Of a stretch of DNA of 64,000 nucleotides, positions 23,421 to 36,537 are shown piece after piece; position 1 is the stretch's first letter; each line of letters opens with the position of its first letter. The notes beneath the pieces are model-generated. The model was not told the origin of the DNA and made no database searches. It worked only from the letters and a program-made list of their open reading frames with translations. Source of the DNA: Octopus bimaculoides (taxonomy: Eukaryota). The stretch is from positions 119,919,300 through 119,983,299 of the forward strand of contig NC_068981.1 of NCBI RefSeq assembly GCF_001194135.2, written 5' to 3'. Made by a program: the position numbers and the translations under genes.

Positions 23421-23974
23421 TTTAACTTCTTTAACAAATAATGTAAGTCACAACAGCATAGATTTAGCCTTCAAATCCAAAGTTTAACAAGTTCGGGTGC
23501 TAAAAAGTAGTCTCATAATTTACATTGGCAATATATGTTGTATACTTTCAATCAATATAAAAACTATATGATTAGTCTAATTACAAATAGAGGAGTTGGA
23601 GTCAGGTGTCAGTGATACCATAAATTGAAGAATCAGAACCGAAGATTTTTTGTACCAACTCTACAGCTCAAGCAATATTTGGTTATAAAATACCATAATA
23701 AAAGGAATAATGAATACATATGCACAAATACCAGTTTATTATTTCTGGGATTGTTTGCCATATGATTTATAAATGTACAAATTCTCAACTAGAAAATAAC
23801 TTTCATCCATTACACACAATCAAGAAGTATCTCAAGATGAGCATAAATAAAGAATTGGTGCTAGGTATATTTCCTCTCTCTGCAGGTCTTTTACAAAAGC
23901 GTTTAGTCACTTTCTCTTTGCATTACATCATTTGGTTGGTAGCATTTATTTTTGCGGAATATTTGTTCATTCAA

Positions 23975-24560
23975 TCATCATCATCATCATCATCATCGTT
24001 TAACGTCCGCTTTCCATGCTAGCATGGGTTGGACGATTTGACTGAGGACTGGCAAGCCAGAAGGCCGCACCAGGCTCCAATCTGATCTGGCAGAGTTTCT
24101 ACAGCTGGATGCCCTTCCTAAACTCCAACCACTCCAAGAGTGTAGTGGGTGCTTTTATGTGCCACCAGTACGAGAGCCAGTCGCACGGTACTGGCAACAG
24201 CCACGCTCAAAAAGGTGTTTTTTACATGCCACCTGCACGGGAGCCAGTCCAGTGGCACTGGCAACGACCTCGTTCGAATGATTTTCTAACATGCCACCAG
24301 CACAAGTGCTAGAAGGCAACGCTGGTAACGATTACTCTCTAATGGTGCTATTTACGGGCCACTAGCACAGAAGCCAGACAGCTGCTCTGGCAATGAACAT
24401 GCTCAACAGTGCTGTTAGTGCTCCACTGGTGTGGTGACCAGTCATCGAGTATGGTTCAATTACGATTTCACTTGCCCCAACAGGTCTTCACAAGCAGAGT
24501 TTAGTGTCCAATGAAGGAGAGGTTGGCATGGGTACCAGTCGTCGGATTCGGTTTGATTTC
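23975..24560 (-). mobile_element. Family C copy (young, long, with internal tandem subrepeats)
   Basis: (CAT)n-CGTTTAACGTCCGCTTTCCATGCTAGCATGGGTTGGACG... Confidence 0.9.
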
Positions 24561-26339
24561 CATTTCAGATTTCAAATTCCAAATTCACTTGCTTTACAAA
24601 ATAAATGTGCTGGAAAATGTACACTTAGAGAATAGACCAGAATCTAAATCATGATTATTGTCAGAATCCCATGAACATCATAAAGATGACAGATCCATTT
24701 CTTTATATCAAGAGAACTGCTTAGGTCTTACTTTGTTATTTTTGATATATTGTGAAATATAATTTTTGGTGTCTATAGCAAAGGTCAATGGTATTTATAG
24801 CCATTTATAAAAGTAACCTTTAGACATTAATACTGCAAAAAAATTGTTTTCTATCATTTAATCTACTAAAACACTCTCACATCATTTAAAGTAATTTAAG
24901 ACATCCAGTCACCTTAATTTCTTAATTTCTTTAAAAAAGTGAGTAGAATACAGTTGTCCAAGATACACTGTCTGAAAATGAAAGACAGGAAAACTAGAAC
25001 ATTCTTCACTATAAGTTTGATCTGGGCTTTAACAAAGCCAACTGTATGAATCAATATTCTATTTTATGGTTTTATAAAGACGAGTAAACCCTATTACAAT
25101 GTGATTAGAGCACAGCAATTATTTCATTATTTCACTATCACTTATGTTTTAATTTCAGTTAATACACACACACAGTGTACAAAGATGGACATAAATCATT
25201 TCTGAGATCACTTATGACTAAGCTTGAAGAAAGAAGCATTTATTATTGTACAAACAACATTTCATATACTTTTTGCTGGTAACAATTAGGTAAAAAGAAA
25301 CAACACACCATAAAACCAAAGAGAGAAAGTGAAGAACAATTGGGATATAATGTGGTAAATACAATTTTCTTTACCTCTTAAGGTGTTATGACCTATAACA
25401 CAAATTTGTTCTTCTTCAACTTTAAGTCATCCCTCATCAAGCAGACCTATGATCAAAGAAATTCCTGCTATGACTGTCCCATTTTTGCATTTTGCAGGAA
25501 ATCAAGGCCCATATGTGTCTTTTCTTAATATGGTGGGGATATGATTTTGAGGGGAAATTTAACTGCTATTTCTAGCAGGTGAGCCATCATGTATGAATAG
25601 ATATATATATATATATGTGGGTGTATATATATGCTTATATATGCGCGTGTGTGTGCGCGTGCACAAGCGTGTATAAATATATAATATATAGAGAACTGGA
25701 TATATGTGTGTATGTATGTAAGTGTATATATATATGTATATATGGACATATTAAATTATTTGTTTTGATGAAATGTAAAGGCCAATATAAATGTCTGATT
25801 CTATTATTTGTTCTATTTTGATTGCCGCATGTATATTTTGTTTTTATTTACCAGTGTCTTTTTATCAGTGTATTACATTTTATTTGATTTATTTGATTTA
25901 TTTATTTTATATTTTGATTCTTTATTCTTTTATTGTTCATATGAGAAGAATTCTTTCATTCATGGAAATGGATTGTAAGCTACACTAAGCAAAGTGTATT
26001 GTTATAGAAATACGGTAAACAACAAGTAAAAAATTAAGTACTTTTTGAAAAGTCACTTGAAGAGACACATCTGCATCCATGATGCATGACAACTGTTTGT
26101 ACAGCATCCCACTAGTACAAAATGATCATAGTGGTTCTGAATAAAAAGTTTCATAAATTCCATTTTCTTTCTCTCATATTTTATAAACTCTACAGACACA
26201 AAGGAATTCCAGAAGAAATTCAGTGGCATATACCTCCATAATGTTGTTGACATCAGATAGCTGAATACTGTGGATGGGCTTTAAACAACATACTACAAGT
26301 TGTAAACCCAAATATAAAATTATTACTATGACTGCACTG

Positions 26340-26772
26340 GTATGGTCATGTGGTGTGTATGGATGAGGACAGCTGGGTAAAGAAGTGCCAATCTCTAACT
26401 GTGGAGGGAACTTGTGGAAGAGGTAGACCCAGGAAAACATGGGACATGGTGGTGAAGCCCGATCTTTGAACATTAGGCCTCATGGTGGCAATAACAAGTG
26501 ACTGAGACCTTTGGTGATATGCTGTGCTTGATTGAGAAGACTTGCCACATAACTGGTACTTATGCCAGTGGCACACAAAAGCACCCATGCTGGTGGCACA
26601 TAACGAGCACCCACTCTTGGAGTGGTTGATGTTAAGAAGGGCATCTAACTGTAGAAACCATGCCAAATCAGACTGGAACCTGGTGCAGCTCTCGGGATTA
26701 TCAGCTCCAGTCAAACTGTACAACCCATGCCAGCATGGAAAGCAGATGTTAAATAATGATGATAATGATGAT
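26340..26772 (+). mobile_element. RTE 3' ORF end plus family C tail
   Basis: WYGHVVCMDEDSWVKKCQSLTVEGTCGRGRPRKTW, then the family core and (GAT)n. Confidence 0.88.
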
Positions 26773-26794
26773 GAAATATTTATGTATATATTTA

Positions 26795-26796
26795 CG

Positions 26797-26870
<74 letters not shown>
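26795..26870. repeat. (TA)n/(GA)n microsatellite
   Basis: Read directly. Confidence 0.95.
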
Positions 26871-26875
<5 letters not shown>

Positions 26876-27399
26876 TGGGGTTAACAGAGTCAAGAAGTAA
26901 ACTATTATATGTTGAGGGAGAACATAATGCTATCCCTCACTTAACTGAATATAATCACTAAATCAGATTTAAAAATTCACAGCACATATCATATCCAAAG
27001 AACTTATCCTTAAAATTCAAATATCCATTAAGAAATAAAAATTATTCAGATGTTGGCTTTCTCATGATAGCAAAATCAACTTTACCACCAAGTATTTCAA
27101 AACAAAGCCCATTCAAACATTTGCTTTTTGTTTGTTTTTCTCTCTCTTTTTTTTTTTTAGTAAGAGGAGGGCAGTGTCTATAAACTTTGTGTCATCAAAG
27201 CTAGGTGAGATGAATGTAGTTGATGTTCAATATAGGAAACACAAGCAAATAGCCAACAAGGGAGTCTCTATGCAGTCATTCAACCTGCTAGAAATAACAA
27301 CCAAATCTCCCTTAAACTTTGCCTTACTATCTCAAAAACAGAAAGGACAAACTGGCCATTGTCCAAATGGAAATACAAAGCAGACTGAAATAGCTTTGC

Positions 27400-29750
27400 T
27401 CAGTAAGGGCTGACCTGAAGTAAAACAACACCAACATGGCAATGAAAAAATTGAAGAGGGATGCAGTTTTGGGAGAAGTGATTGAGCAATGTGGTGTTGA
27501 GGATGAAAAAATGAGATGAGATACAAATGCATCAAGCAGGGAAAAGATACATGTGGTATGCTACTAGTTAGATCAGAGGATCGGAATTAGTTAAGATAGC
27601 AAAAGAAATGATAGAGAAGAAATAGTTATTACAGAGTAAAGGTGAAGGAGATTTTACCAATGAACTAAAGATATAGTCTTCAATATTTGCATATATCACA
27701 ACACCATTAGGATATATGAGCAGAACTCTTAATGGTTCAACATCGTATGCAGTAAGCAACTAGTGACAACTCAAGTTATCTACTGGCCAAAGAGAAGCAG
27801 CTTAGTCTCTAAGGTACTCTTTTGGCATTGTTATGTATGTACAATTTTCATGGTGACTGGGTGTTGTACCCATTGAAAGAGTTTTTCTTTTCTTTCTTTC
27901 TTTCTTTTTTTTTTTCTTGAGGTCACCAAAAACAGTTCAAGTCTGGCATGGAGTATCTATGTTAGATGTGGATGATGCTTGGGATCAGAAAAATAAAAAG
28001 GAATGGAAGTTTTATCATCAGCAATAGTAAGGCAAGTGATGTACAGATAGAAAAGTCATCAGTGTCATCACCATCGTTTTTACATCTACTTTTTCCATGT
28101 TGGCATGGGCTGACTGGCACTTATTGAAGAAGTATCCTATGACTAGACACCCTTCCTGTTGCCAACTTTTACTTGTTTTTGAGGAAGGCATTTTCTTATT
28201 CTACAGATCTTCATTCAAAATCAATGAAGCCACCACCAAGATACAAGAGATACTGTTTACTAGAGATGAAAACAATTACACCATCACTCAAACGGTATTA
28301 ATATGAAGACACAAAAACAATCACTCACATGTGTACACTCATATTATGTGACACGCTTCTATACAGTTTTCTTCTATCAAATTTTATCCACAAGGCATTA
28401 CTCATCCCAAAGAACTTACAAAACAGACCACACAATAGAATAGAACCTGGAACCACATGGTTCCAAAGTGAACTCTGTAACCTCGTAGGCAACTGAATGC
28501 AGGAAACATAATCGAACCATGGCATATTCCAGTGTGACAGAGTATTCTAAGAATAAAATTCTGATCCAAGAGATAACTGATGTTTGCAACTTATAGGTAA
28601 GCAACTTAGCTACAGGACTCCTATGCAAACATAGACAGAGGTTTTGTAATTGTCAAAGATAACACCCATTGCTTCCATCAAAGTTCTTAAGGGACATAGG
28701 AAAGGAAGTTTCTGATAGATCTATCTCTAAGGAAACCATGCCATACAAGTGACCACCAGGCAAGGAGAGAGAGTTTAAGTAATAAAGGAGATGATTGTTT
28801 ATGCACTTTTAACTTGATAGGTTAGAAGGCTTTGTGGAAGCATTCTCTTTGGGAGTGAAATATACTGTTGTGTGTTTCCATAGGTTGTGATAGATTTCTC
28901 TACAAAGAGAAGAGATGAAATATTTGATGGGAATAGGAGTTAGTACTAGAGCAACATTGTTTTAGAGAAACAGAGGGAACTCTATTAGGAGTGATCAACT
29001 TGTACAGTTGGGTAATTAGTGAATCGCATGCATTAGGTAACTGTCTATAGATGGTGGTGAGCATGGTGTTGTGGAGAAAGGTTTTGTATGTGTGATAAAA
29101 TGGAGAGCAAATAGAGTAACTTTCTTAGAAGATGTACAACTTACAGCACCATTTTTGTTGAAGTGTAGCAGACTACAGACTCATTTGTCAAGGGACTAAA
29201 AAGCCCAACTGAAATTTGTGAGTCAAAATATATTGCAGACCTTGTAATACACAGAGGAATCCTTTGTTTTCTTGATTGTGTTCCATGTGTTGATATGGTG
29301 GATAAATGCCACCCAATTAGCGATGGGAGATAATGAAGGATCAACTGTTTTGCCCATTCACTTATCTAACATGAGGCAGAGGTAAAATAACTGATAGAGC
29401 TCTGTTGATTAACTGAGCTGAAATAACAAATGGTTCAGAGGAAAGAAGATGCGAGATCTGAAGCCTTGAGTGGGTAGTGATCAGGCCATCTAATTAACAA
29501 CAGAGACAATGATGGCTGGGTTTGAAGAGGAGAGGGGTCAAGTGTGTTTTGACAGACAGCATATTGGTCAGGGATATGGACAAGTGAATATAAAAGATGC
29601 AAACAATTCAGTCTCTACACAAGCGATTCAATCTAAGAGGATGGCAAGAATCAATTGTGTGTACTTAAGTCAACAATGATGACTTCAGAAAATGGAACAG
29701 TTCTCCATAAGCTAACATTATTTTTACCATGTACATTTTATTTTGAAAAC
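27400..29750 (-). mobile_element. Highly decayed non-LTR retrotransposon relic (CR1-like), fragmented
   Basis: Scattered RT-like peptide remnants in broken minus-strand frames; no intact motif. Confidence 0.4.
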
Positions 29751-30406
29751 ACACTGTAAGTGTTGATTTTCAGCTCTTGATTTTTTTACAAAAATACAGA
29801 CTTCTGCCCATATTATTGCAATCCATTTATTAATATCACTGTTATATCTCTCTTCTTATTGTTTATACAAATGAACATAGTCAATATTTGTTTGCAAAAC
29901 TGCCACCCTCTACTATATTACGACAATCCCAAATAAAATAGAAGAAGGTATAAACTTATATAAGCGTGAACTTCAGACAGTTCACTCTTTGACACAATGA
30001 GTCCAGCTCTTTTCATGTATCAAAAAAATTTATAAAGCTAAAATAACTGGAAATGTTTAGAGACTAGCCTTTGTGTGTTTAATGAATTTCCAAAGATTGT
30101 TTAATTTTAAAAAATCATTTTCTCTGATGCTACACTAGAAATGAAATCACTTGCCATGAAGTGACATAATTCACTTTTACAATGGATTTTACTCTGCAAT
30201 GTCATTCAAATTTATATTTGAATATAAAAAAGAATCAGAGATCTTGAAAATTGAAAGAAGAAACTCATCTAAATATAGATGTAAATAAATAAAATAGAAT
30301 ATTTCTTCTCACAGTAAGAACACTGGTTGAAATTACTAACCTTTTATGAAAGTCTTTATGGCAAAAGGTCAAAGTAAATTAGTTTCAAAAGTTTGAATGA
30401 ACTCAC

Positions 30407-30540
30407 CTGTTGCAGGCTGGTACTGTATGGAATTTGTACTGAGGTTTGAAGCTGCTTCAGTGGTCTCTTGACCGTCTTGATTTGTAGGTTCCTCAATTTT
30501 GATAGGTGGACACTCGGACGATAATTCATTCAAAATTTTA
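30407..30540 (-). CDS. CREB1: CREB KID exon, second half
   Basis: tcttacag|TAAAATTTTG...; (R)KILNELSSECPPIKIEEPTNQDGQETTEAASNLSTNSIQYQPAT; 134 nt, phase 2 to 1; donor ACAG|gtgagt. Confidence 0.95.
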
Positions 30541-30914
30541 CTGTAAGAAAATCCCAAAAGAAAATAATATTAACAAAATATTAATGAATTTTATGTAATT
30601 ATATGAGCCACTGCAGACAAACATGGTAACATAACTATCAGAATTCCATTTTGTAATTTTATCTGGATGCTGCTTCTATTATAAGATACTAAGTCTGCAA
30701 TCAAAAGACATAATACATTGAAAGAAAGAGAAAGATTAATAGTAAAAAGAATTTAGAAACAAACTGGAGATAAAGGAACTTTTATAGATTCATTACATGC
30801 AAGATTTCCAACTCTGTTGAAAAGAATAGCTTAAAAAAATGAATTCTTGCAACTGCAAAATATATTTTTTAAAAATAATTATACCTCTCACTATCTCAGT
30901 CATGCACAGATATT

Positions 30915-30921
30915 CTCTCTT

Positions 30922-30956
<35 letters not shown>

Positions 30957-30990
30957 TGCATGCACGCACGCGCACACACACACACACACA
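30915..30990. repeat. (CT)n/(CA)n microsatellite
   Basis: Read directly. Confidence 0.95.
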
Positions 30991-32109
30991 AAATATAACG
31001 AGTTACATAAAAATAAATGAGTTTTATAAAATTTTTAAGAAAATCTATAACTAAGACATCACTGAAACAACTGTTCTAAAGGATTCTGTCACCAAATGTC
31101 ACATCATAGCCACATGATAAAAAAAAAATGAAGATAAGACAAGTTTCAGGACATTTCACAAACAAAAACTTCTTTCAGTAAATACTCTTGTAGTAGTTTT
31201 GGTCTTTTTCTTTCTTTCTTTTGTGTGAGTGTGTAAAAAATATACTTGCCATTAAGGGTAGAAGTCTAGCTGACATTTAAAACCCACTTCTTGTTTATAT
31301 TATTTTACTCTCAGTCAAGCAAAACAATATTATTTATTAATTTATATTTTAAAACATTCATACATCAATCCATGTATTATATAACCAACTATCCAAATTG
31401 TATTGGTTTCAGGAATGTTTGATATCCATGTGCTATCACAAAAACATTATGCCAAAATTGATTATATTCTCAAACTAAAATCAACAGTTGATGTGGTAAT
31501 GTTATATTCCAGGGCCAGAAAACTGAACGGAAAACTAACCATTTGAAATGTATATTAACCATGATTCTCTAAATTTCTATAGGATTCAAAAATGTTCCTA
31601 AAACACTGAAATAAAATTTTGTATTTCTTTTTTATAAGACAATTTAGAGAAAAATAATAGAAAATGCAAGTTTAGAAAGGAGAATTTTATTCAACAAAAA
31701 AAAGGAATGAATTCCAGCTTAAAATAACTCAAGTTGAATTTATTTCAGTGATTTTGAGAGAACATGTTATTGTAAAATAAAATAGTAAACATTCTAAAAC
31801 ATATTAAACATATTGTAAAATATGTAAACATTGTAAAATAAAATAGCATTCTTTCTGTTATTGCCACAGATCATTTTATCTTATAACTAATAAGGTTATT
31901 TAGAATTATGGCAGTTTTCAATATGACTAAAACAAGTCTGGTTCAAATCAATAAACAGAATCCCTACATTAAATGACTGGTGAATATTAGTTGTTGAGTC
32001 AGTTTACAATAACATCATTGAAAGCCTTGATTGTTTTTTTCAAGTGTTTTAAATAGATCAACAGGAAACACCATATAAACATATTTCCACAACAGAAATG
32101 AAAAAAAAA

Positions 32110-32625
32110 AACTTAACTTTGATTATATCAACAGGTTTCTAAATGTATATTACAATATCCCCTGCAACTCCTTGAGTTCTTCCACCAACAATGCTTCTGT
32201 ATCATCCTCAATGTCCATAGTTAACACTGAAGTCTTCAAACAAGCAGAAATCACCTGCACCAAAGCCATTCTCTCCACTGGACATTGTGAGGGAGGAACA
32301 CCAAAGAAACAGTACAAGGACTCCCAGAGGTTTTTGGTGTCTGTCTCATTGATCATTGACAGTGGTGTACTATAGCCTCCAATTGTGAGACCTTGCAACA
32401 CACTATTCACCAGTCAGTCTCCTCTTTTGAGAACACATGAGAACAAAAGGAGATTGAAAAAGAAGAACCAGGACATAGCAGTATTGAACCCAGAACAGAA
32501 TTTCCTTTGCACCACTGCAGCAGGGCCTGTCTGCCCCATCTATGTTTTGTCAACCACCAGCAAGCCTGCAGTCAAACTGGGTAGCAGTCTTTATGAATTT
32601 TTCACTCATGAAGCCAACCCATGAC
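32110..32625 (+). mobile_element. Old RTE/BovB-like LINE 3' relic inside the intron that splits the KID
   Basis: Broken plus-strand frames LEFFHQQC..ILN, NTEVFKQA, GGTPKKQYKD, with a Cys-containing tail. Confidence 0.65.
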
Positions 32626-33800
32626 AAAGAATTCTAAGACATAACACAAAAGACATTTACTAAATGTAGTTTTGGTTACTTTGATTTGCATAAACTGCTT
32701 CAAAAAGAATAGTTTTGTTCAGTAACAGAAAAATAGTTTTTGAAATAAAAATAATTTGATAGCAAACTTTCACTGTGTTTTGTTTTTTAGAAGCAGAACA
32801 AAACAGTTCTAATCCCTCACAGCAATATATATATATATATTAAAATAGAGATGAGTGGAAGAAATAGAACCATACAGAAACATCATTCAGAATTTTTGCT
32901 TTGTTTTCCTATATTCTGAGTTTAAATCGCACTAGGATATTCATGTGCCTCATTCCTCAAAGGTCAATAACAGAAATACTAAGCATATGTAGGGACCAAT
33001 TCAATATACTACATCCCTTACCACTAAAAATGTGTAGCCTGGTACCATTAAAAGAAATTTATATTGAAAGGATATTGTTGGAAAATTTGCTTTCATATGC
33101 CTTTTTCAAGTTGCCATTTCAATCAAAAAGATATAAACAAATTTAAACATTAATATTTCCCCATTGCTAAAACAGAAATTACTTGACAAAACTAGGCTGC
33201 TTCATAGCATTTTTCTCATTTGAGTAAGACAAATAGTCCCCCAGTTCCAAAATGCCTTCTTAGCAGCAGTAAAGCTAAAGAATATTTTACCCACTGAAAA
33301 CAAGAGATTGATGACCACAAGCTTAAATAATTTTCCAACTTTTCAAAATACCAGAAGACAAAATAAGAATTGATAAATTTGTTTTTAAAACAATGCTAAC
33401 ATTTTCAAGATCATATTTATTCTTTCTTTCTGACTGAAATTTACAAAACAAACACACAAAAATAATAACACTGAACAATCAATAAAACAAGGTCAAGAAA
33501 CTATCAATTTACATGACTTTTGAAAACCGGTTTGAAAGACTATGGCCATATGGTTGAATCCATAAGCACAAGTACTTTCACATTATTTATATCACCAATA
33601 ATTTCAGTGTAAAATATTCTACAAGATTCCCTTAATTCAGAAGGCTATCAAGCATGGACAAGGTTTGGCCACTTCACATAGGATGTGCAACAGAAATAAC
33701 CAATTGGATAAGATTAAGACATGGCATCCAAAGACAGATCAAGAGAAAACATGAGTAAAAAAAAAAGCATGTTTGCTGGTACAGAAATGAAGATAAATAC

Positions 33801-33883
33801 CGATATGAAGGTCTTCTAGCTAATATCTCTCTCCTCTTTCTTCCTTCAGCACCATCTGTCATATCATCATTTACTGTAGCTAC
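33801..33883 (-). CDS. CREB1: CREB KID exon, first half, containing the PKA site (Ser133-equivalent, residue 83 here, codon 33808-33806)
   Basis: ctttcag|GTAGCT...; VATVNDDMTDGAEGRKRREILARRPSY(R); 83 nt, phase 0 to phase 2; donor CG|gtattt. Confidence 0.96.
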
Positions 33884-33925
33884 CTGAAAGAATGTTTAAA
33901 GAGGTCAAATTAGGTGAAGACTTAC

Positions 33926-33954
33926 CAGTGATAGAAACAGATGTGCAAATAGAC
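33926..33954 (-). CDS. CREB1: Candidate 29-nt alternative exon (VYLHICFYH[C]), possibly mutually exclusive with the KID exon
   Basis: taattttttag|GTCTATTTGCACATCTGTTTCTATCACTG|gtaagt; perfect donor, the same 0-to-2 phases as exon 33883-33801, and only 42 nt upstream of it. Prediction only. Confidence 0.5.
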
Positions 33955-34885
33955 CTAAAAAATTATTTAGTATCTTAAGGACATAGTTTTCTTTTTGGCA
34001 ACTTAATCTTTATTTAACAATGAGATTTCACCAACTATAAATTAACCAAAATATTAAAAATCAAAGTTCAAAGTAAAGAATTAAAGTGAAAGTCATCTAC
34101 CAAATAAAATACTCCCATTCATTTATTATAAACTACTCAGAAGAAGGCATGCAGATGTAAGAGGAAATAATAAGAAGATATAACAGAATTCAGAAAAACC
34201 TTTAGATTTATGATTTAAATAAGTCATTGAAAGAAGATAATCAATGAAATGAAGAAGTTCAGTTACCATTTTGGATATTTTAAAGAAAATAAGAGAATAA
34301 AAGAAATAAGTATAAGAAAGGAAAGAAAGTAAATGCAGACTCTCATATTGCAGTCTTCCAGTGAAAGTTAATACTTCAGAGATCTTCCAACTTAGCCTGA
34401 ATAAAATGCATCATTAGAACAATGCTGGCTTACAGGATAGAGTATCCAAACACAAGATGAAGATAACTCAATATAAAGAATTTTTAAAAGCCATCTTGGT
34501 TTTTATATTAAGTATGTTTCTATAAAAAAGGCTGCAAAATGAGAAGAGAGGAAATAAAACCAAAGCAGCTAATAAATTAGATAGAAAAATGCTCCAAAGC
34601 CTTTATCATTTACTAAGGTTAGAAAAATGTTAGAATTTAGAGCTGTCAGTTCATTAAAATGATGACAAGTGTTTCAAGATTTACAGATAAGTTTTATAAA
34701 GAAGCCATCAGCAGGGATAACTTAGGACTGTTAGCAACAGAAGATAATTATATGGAGTGTTAGAAGGGAAATAACGAACATGATGAAACTAAGAGAATCA
34801 ATAAATTAAAGAGAAGGATTTCTAGAAGAGTTTTGTGATACAATAGTGGCAACAGCAACAGTGGCAGCAACATGGCTCAACCTAC

Positions 34886-35056
34886 CTGAATAGTCTGAAC
34901 ATTTGGGCCAGTTGTCTGTATCACTGATGGTTGATGGCTAGATTGTATAACAGATTGCACTTGGACTGGTTGGTTAGGTATTGTCACATGCACAATAGAT
35001 ATCTCCTGCGAGCCGTTTTCAATCTCACTGGTCTGTGAGGTTGGCACTTCAGACAT
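34886..35056 (-). CDS. CREB1: CREB first coding exon (57 codons, Q1 glutamine-rich region)
   Basis: Acceptor ttttttccag before 35064; ATG at 35056 with an in-frame TAG 6 nt upstream; MSEVPTSQTSEIENGSQEISIVHVTIPNQPVQVQSVIQSSHQPSVIQTTGPNVQTIQ; phase-0 donor CAG|gtagg. Confidence 0.92.
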
Positions 35057-35221
35057 TCTCTACTCTGGAAAAAATATAGCACAGAAGGCCATGTCAAAAT
35101 TAGACCCAACTGATGCAACAGATCCAGAGAAAAGGGGACAAACTGAGAGCCCATGCGCATCTTCACTCAATAGATATATTTGTAGAATATTTCACACTGA
35201 ATGTATTTGGTGACAATTTAC

Positions 35222-35283
35222 CTGTTATCTTGGCCAACATCGAAAGTAATAACGTCAAAGGTCATGTAGATGAAAGTTCTTCC
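35222..35283 (-). other. Candidate 62-nt 5'UTR cassette exon containing two upstream ATGs
   Basis: ctttattttggcag|GGAAG...ATAACAG|gtaaat, 157 nt upstream of the start-codon exon; a second possible acceptor (ttcttttag) lies about 22 nt further upstream. Confidence 0.42.
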
Positions 35284-36537
35284 CTGCCAAAATAAAGTAC
35301 GAATTCTAAAAGAAATTGCCAACATTTCCCTAAATGAAACATTTCCCTTTTAAATTTTATTACCAAATGTAATACAAACATAACTGAAATTATTGAAAAA
35401 AGATATCAACATTTCACAAATCATTCTCAATAAAGAAAGGAGATTTTATTATTTGAAATAACTTGAGTCTTTCTTTTATTGAATAATACCAAATATTTCC
35501 TTAAGTGTGTTGTTTTCGCAAAGAAACTCTGAAGGTAAAAAATATCTGTAATTAATAATTTAAGCATTTCACACAAAAATATATTTGAGAAGTCATTAAA
35601 TCTTACTTCCAAGAACCTGACACCATTTTAATGTACAATATATTTAGTAAACTAAAGCATATTAGTAATTTGCTTGTTAAAACAATACTGAGCATAAGGT
35701 AATGCAAATATATTAGTAACCAGCACATTATTGTTTGATTCAATTTCTAGCTGATATATCATCAATGATAAGATTTCTGATAGTCTTGGGTGTAATATAA
35801 GTTAAAACCTCACTTCAAACAACTCACCCAGTAAATCAACCACAACTTATTGAAATTATTAACCAAAGTCATTATACATGTATATTTAACTTACTACAGT
35901 TGACTGCTACTGAGCTGGAGTGAAATCCTCAAGATAAACCTTACATGTGAGGCTTTACGTATACATAGGTTTTATTGGGGAAAATTATACATATTTAGAA
36001 TTCGACCAAAAATGACAGAAACTAAACTGAATAAGTTTATAGAGGGAAGGACAAGGAGGAAGGAAGAGGAAGAGGTAGTGGTGGTGGTGGTGGCAGCAGA
36101 AATAACGATTTTACAGAATCCAACTAGCAAATATTCTCAAGGTGCTTGGGTGGAAATGAATTTCCAGTTGGCCTTCCACATGTCTAGACTGTTGTACAAA
36201 TATATCTGCTGACTACTTCATGCAGAACAGTTTATAAATTTCTAATATCCTTTACCAAACATGTCAAAGAAATACTAGGATGGTAGACCAAATAAATTAC
36301 TATTTGAAATTACCATTCCAAAAGGTGCAACAGATATTTTATTATCTGAATACTAACTCTGATTCTAAATTGAAACTGTTTCATTTCATAAATGCATAAA
36401 TGCCCTCCTAGATATGGTTGATACTCATAAATCTTCCAGGGGAAAAAAACATTTTAACTGATTCTTTTGATTCTTATCACCACATATATTTCTAATATTG
36501 ATTTTTAACACAGGCACAAAGCCTGCTTGTAGTGGTA

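Noticed and set aside
32150-32410. Minus-strand ORF ending TEALLVEELKELQGIL, resembling the CREB leucine-zipper end
   Set aside because: It has no basic region and sits in the wrong position (inside the KID intron). The plus strand is an RTE relic, so this is a chance antisense reading.
33674-33862. ORF MTDGAEGRKRREILARRPSYRYLSS... as a stand-alone peptide
   Set aside because: It is the KID exon reading on into the intron past the donor at 33800. Internal initiation at this Met cannot be supported from sequence alone.
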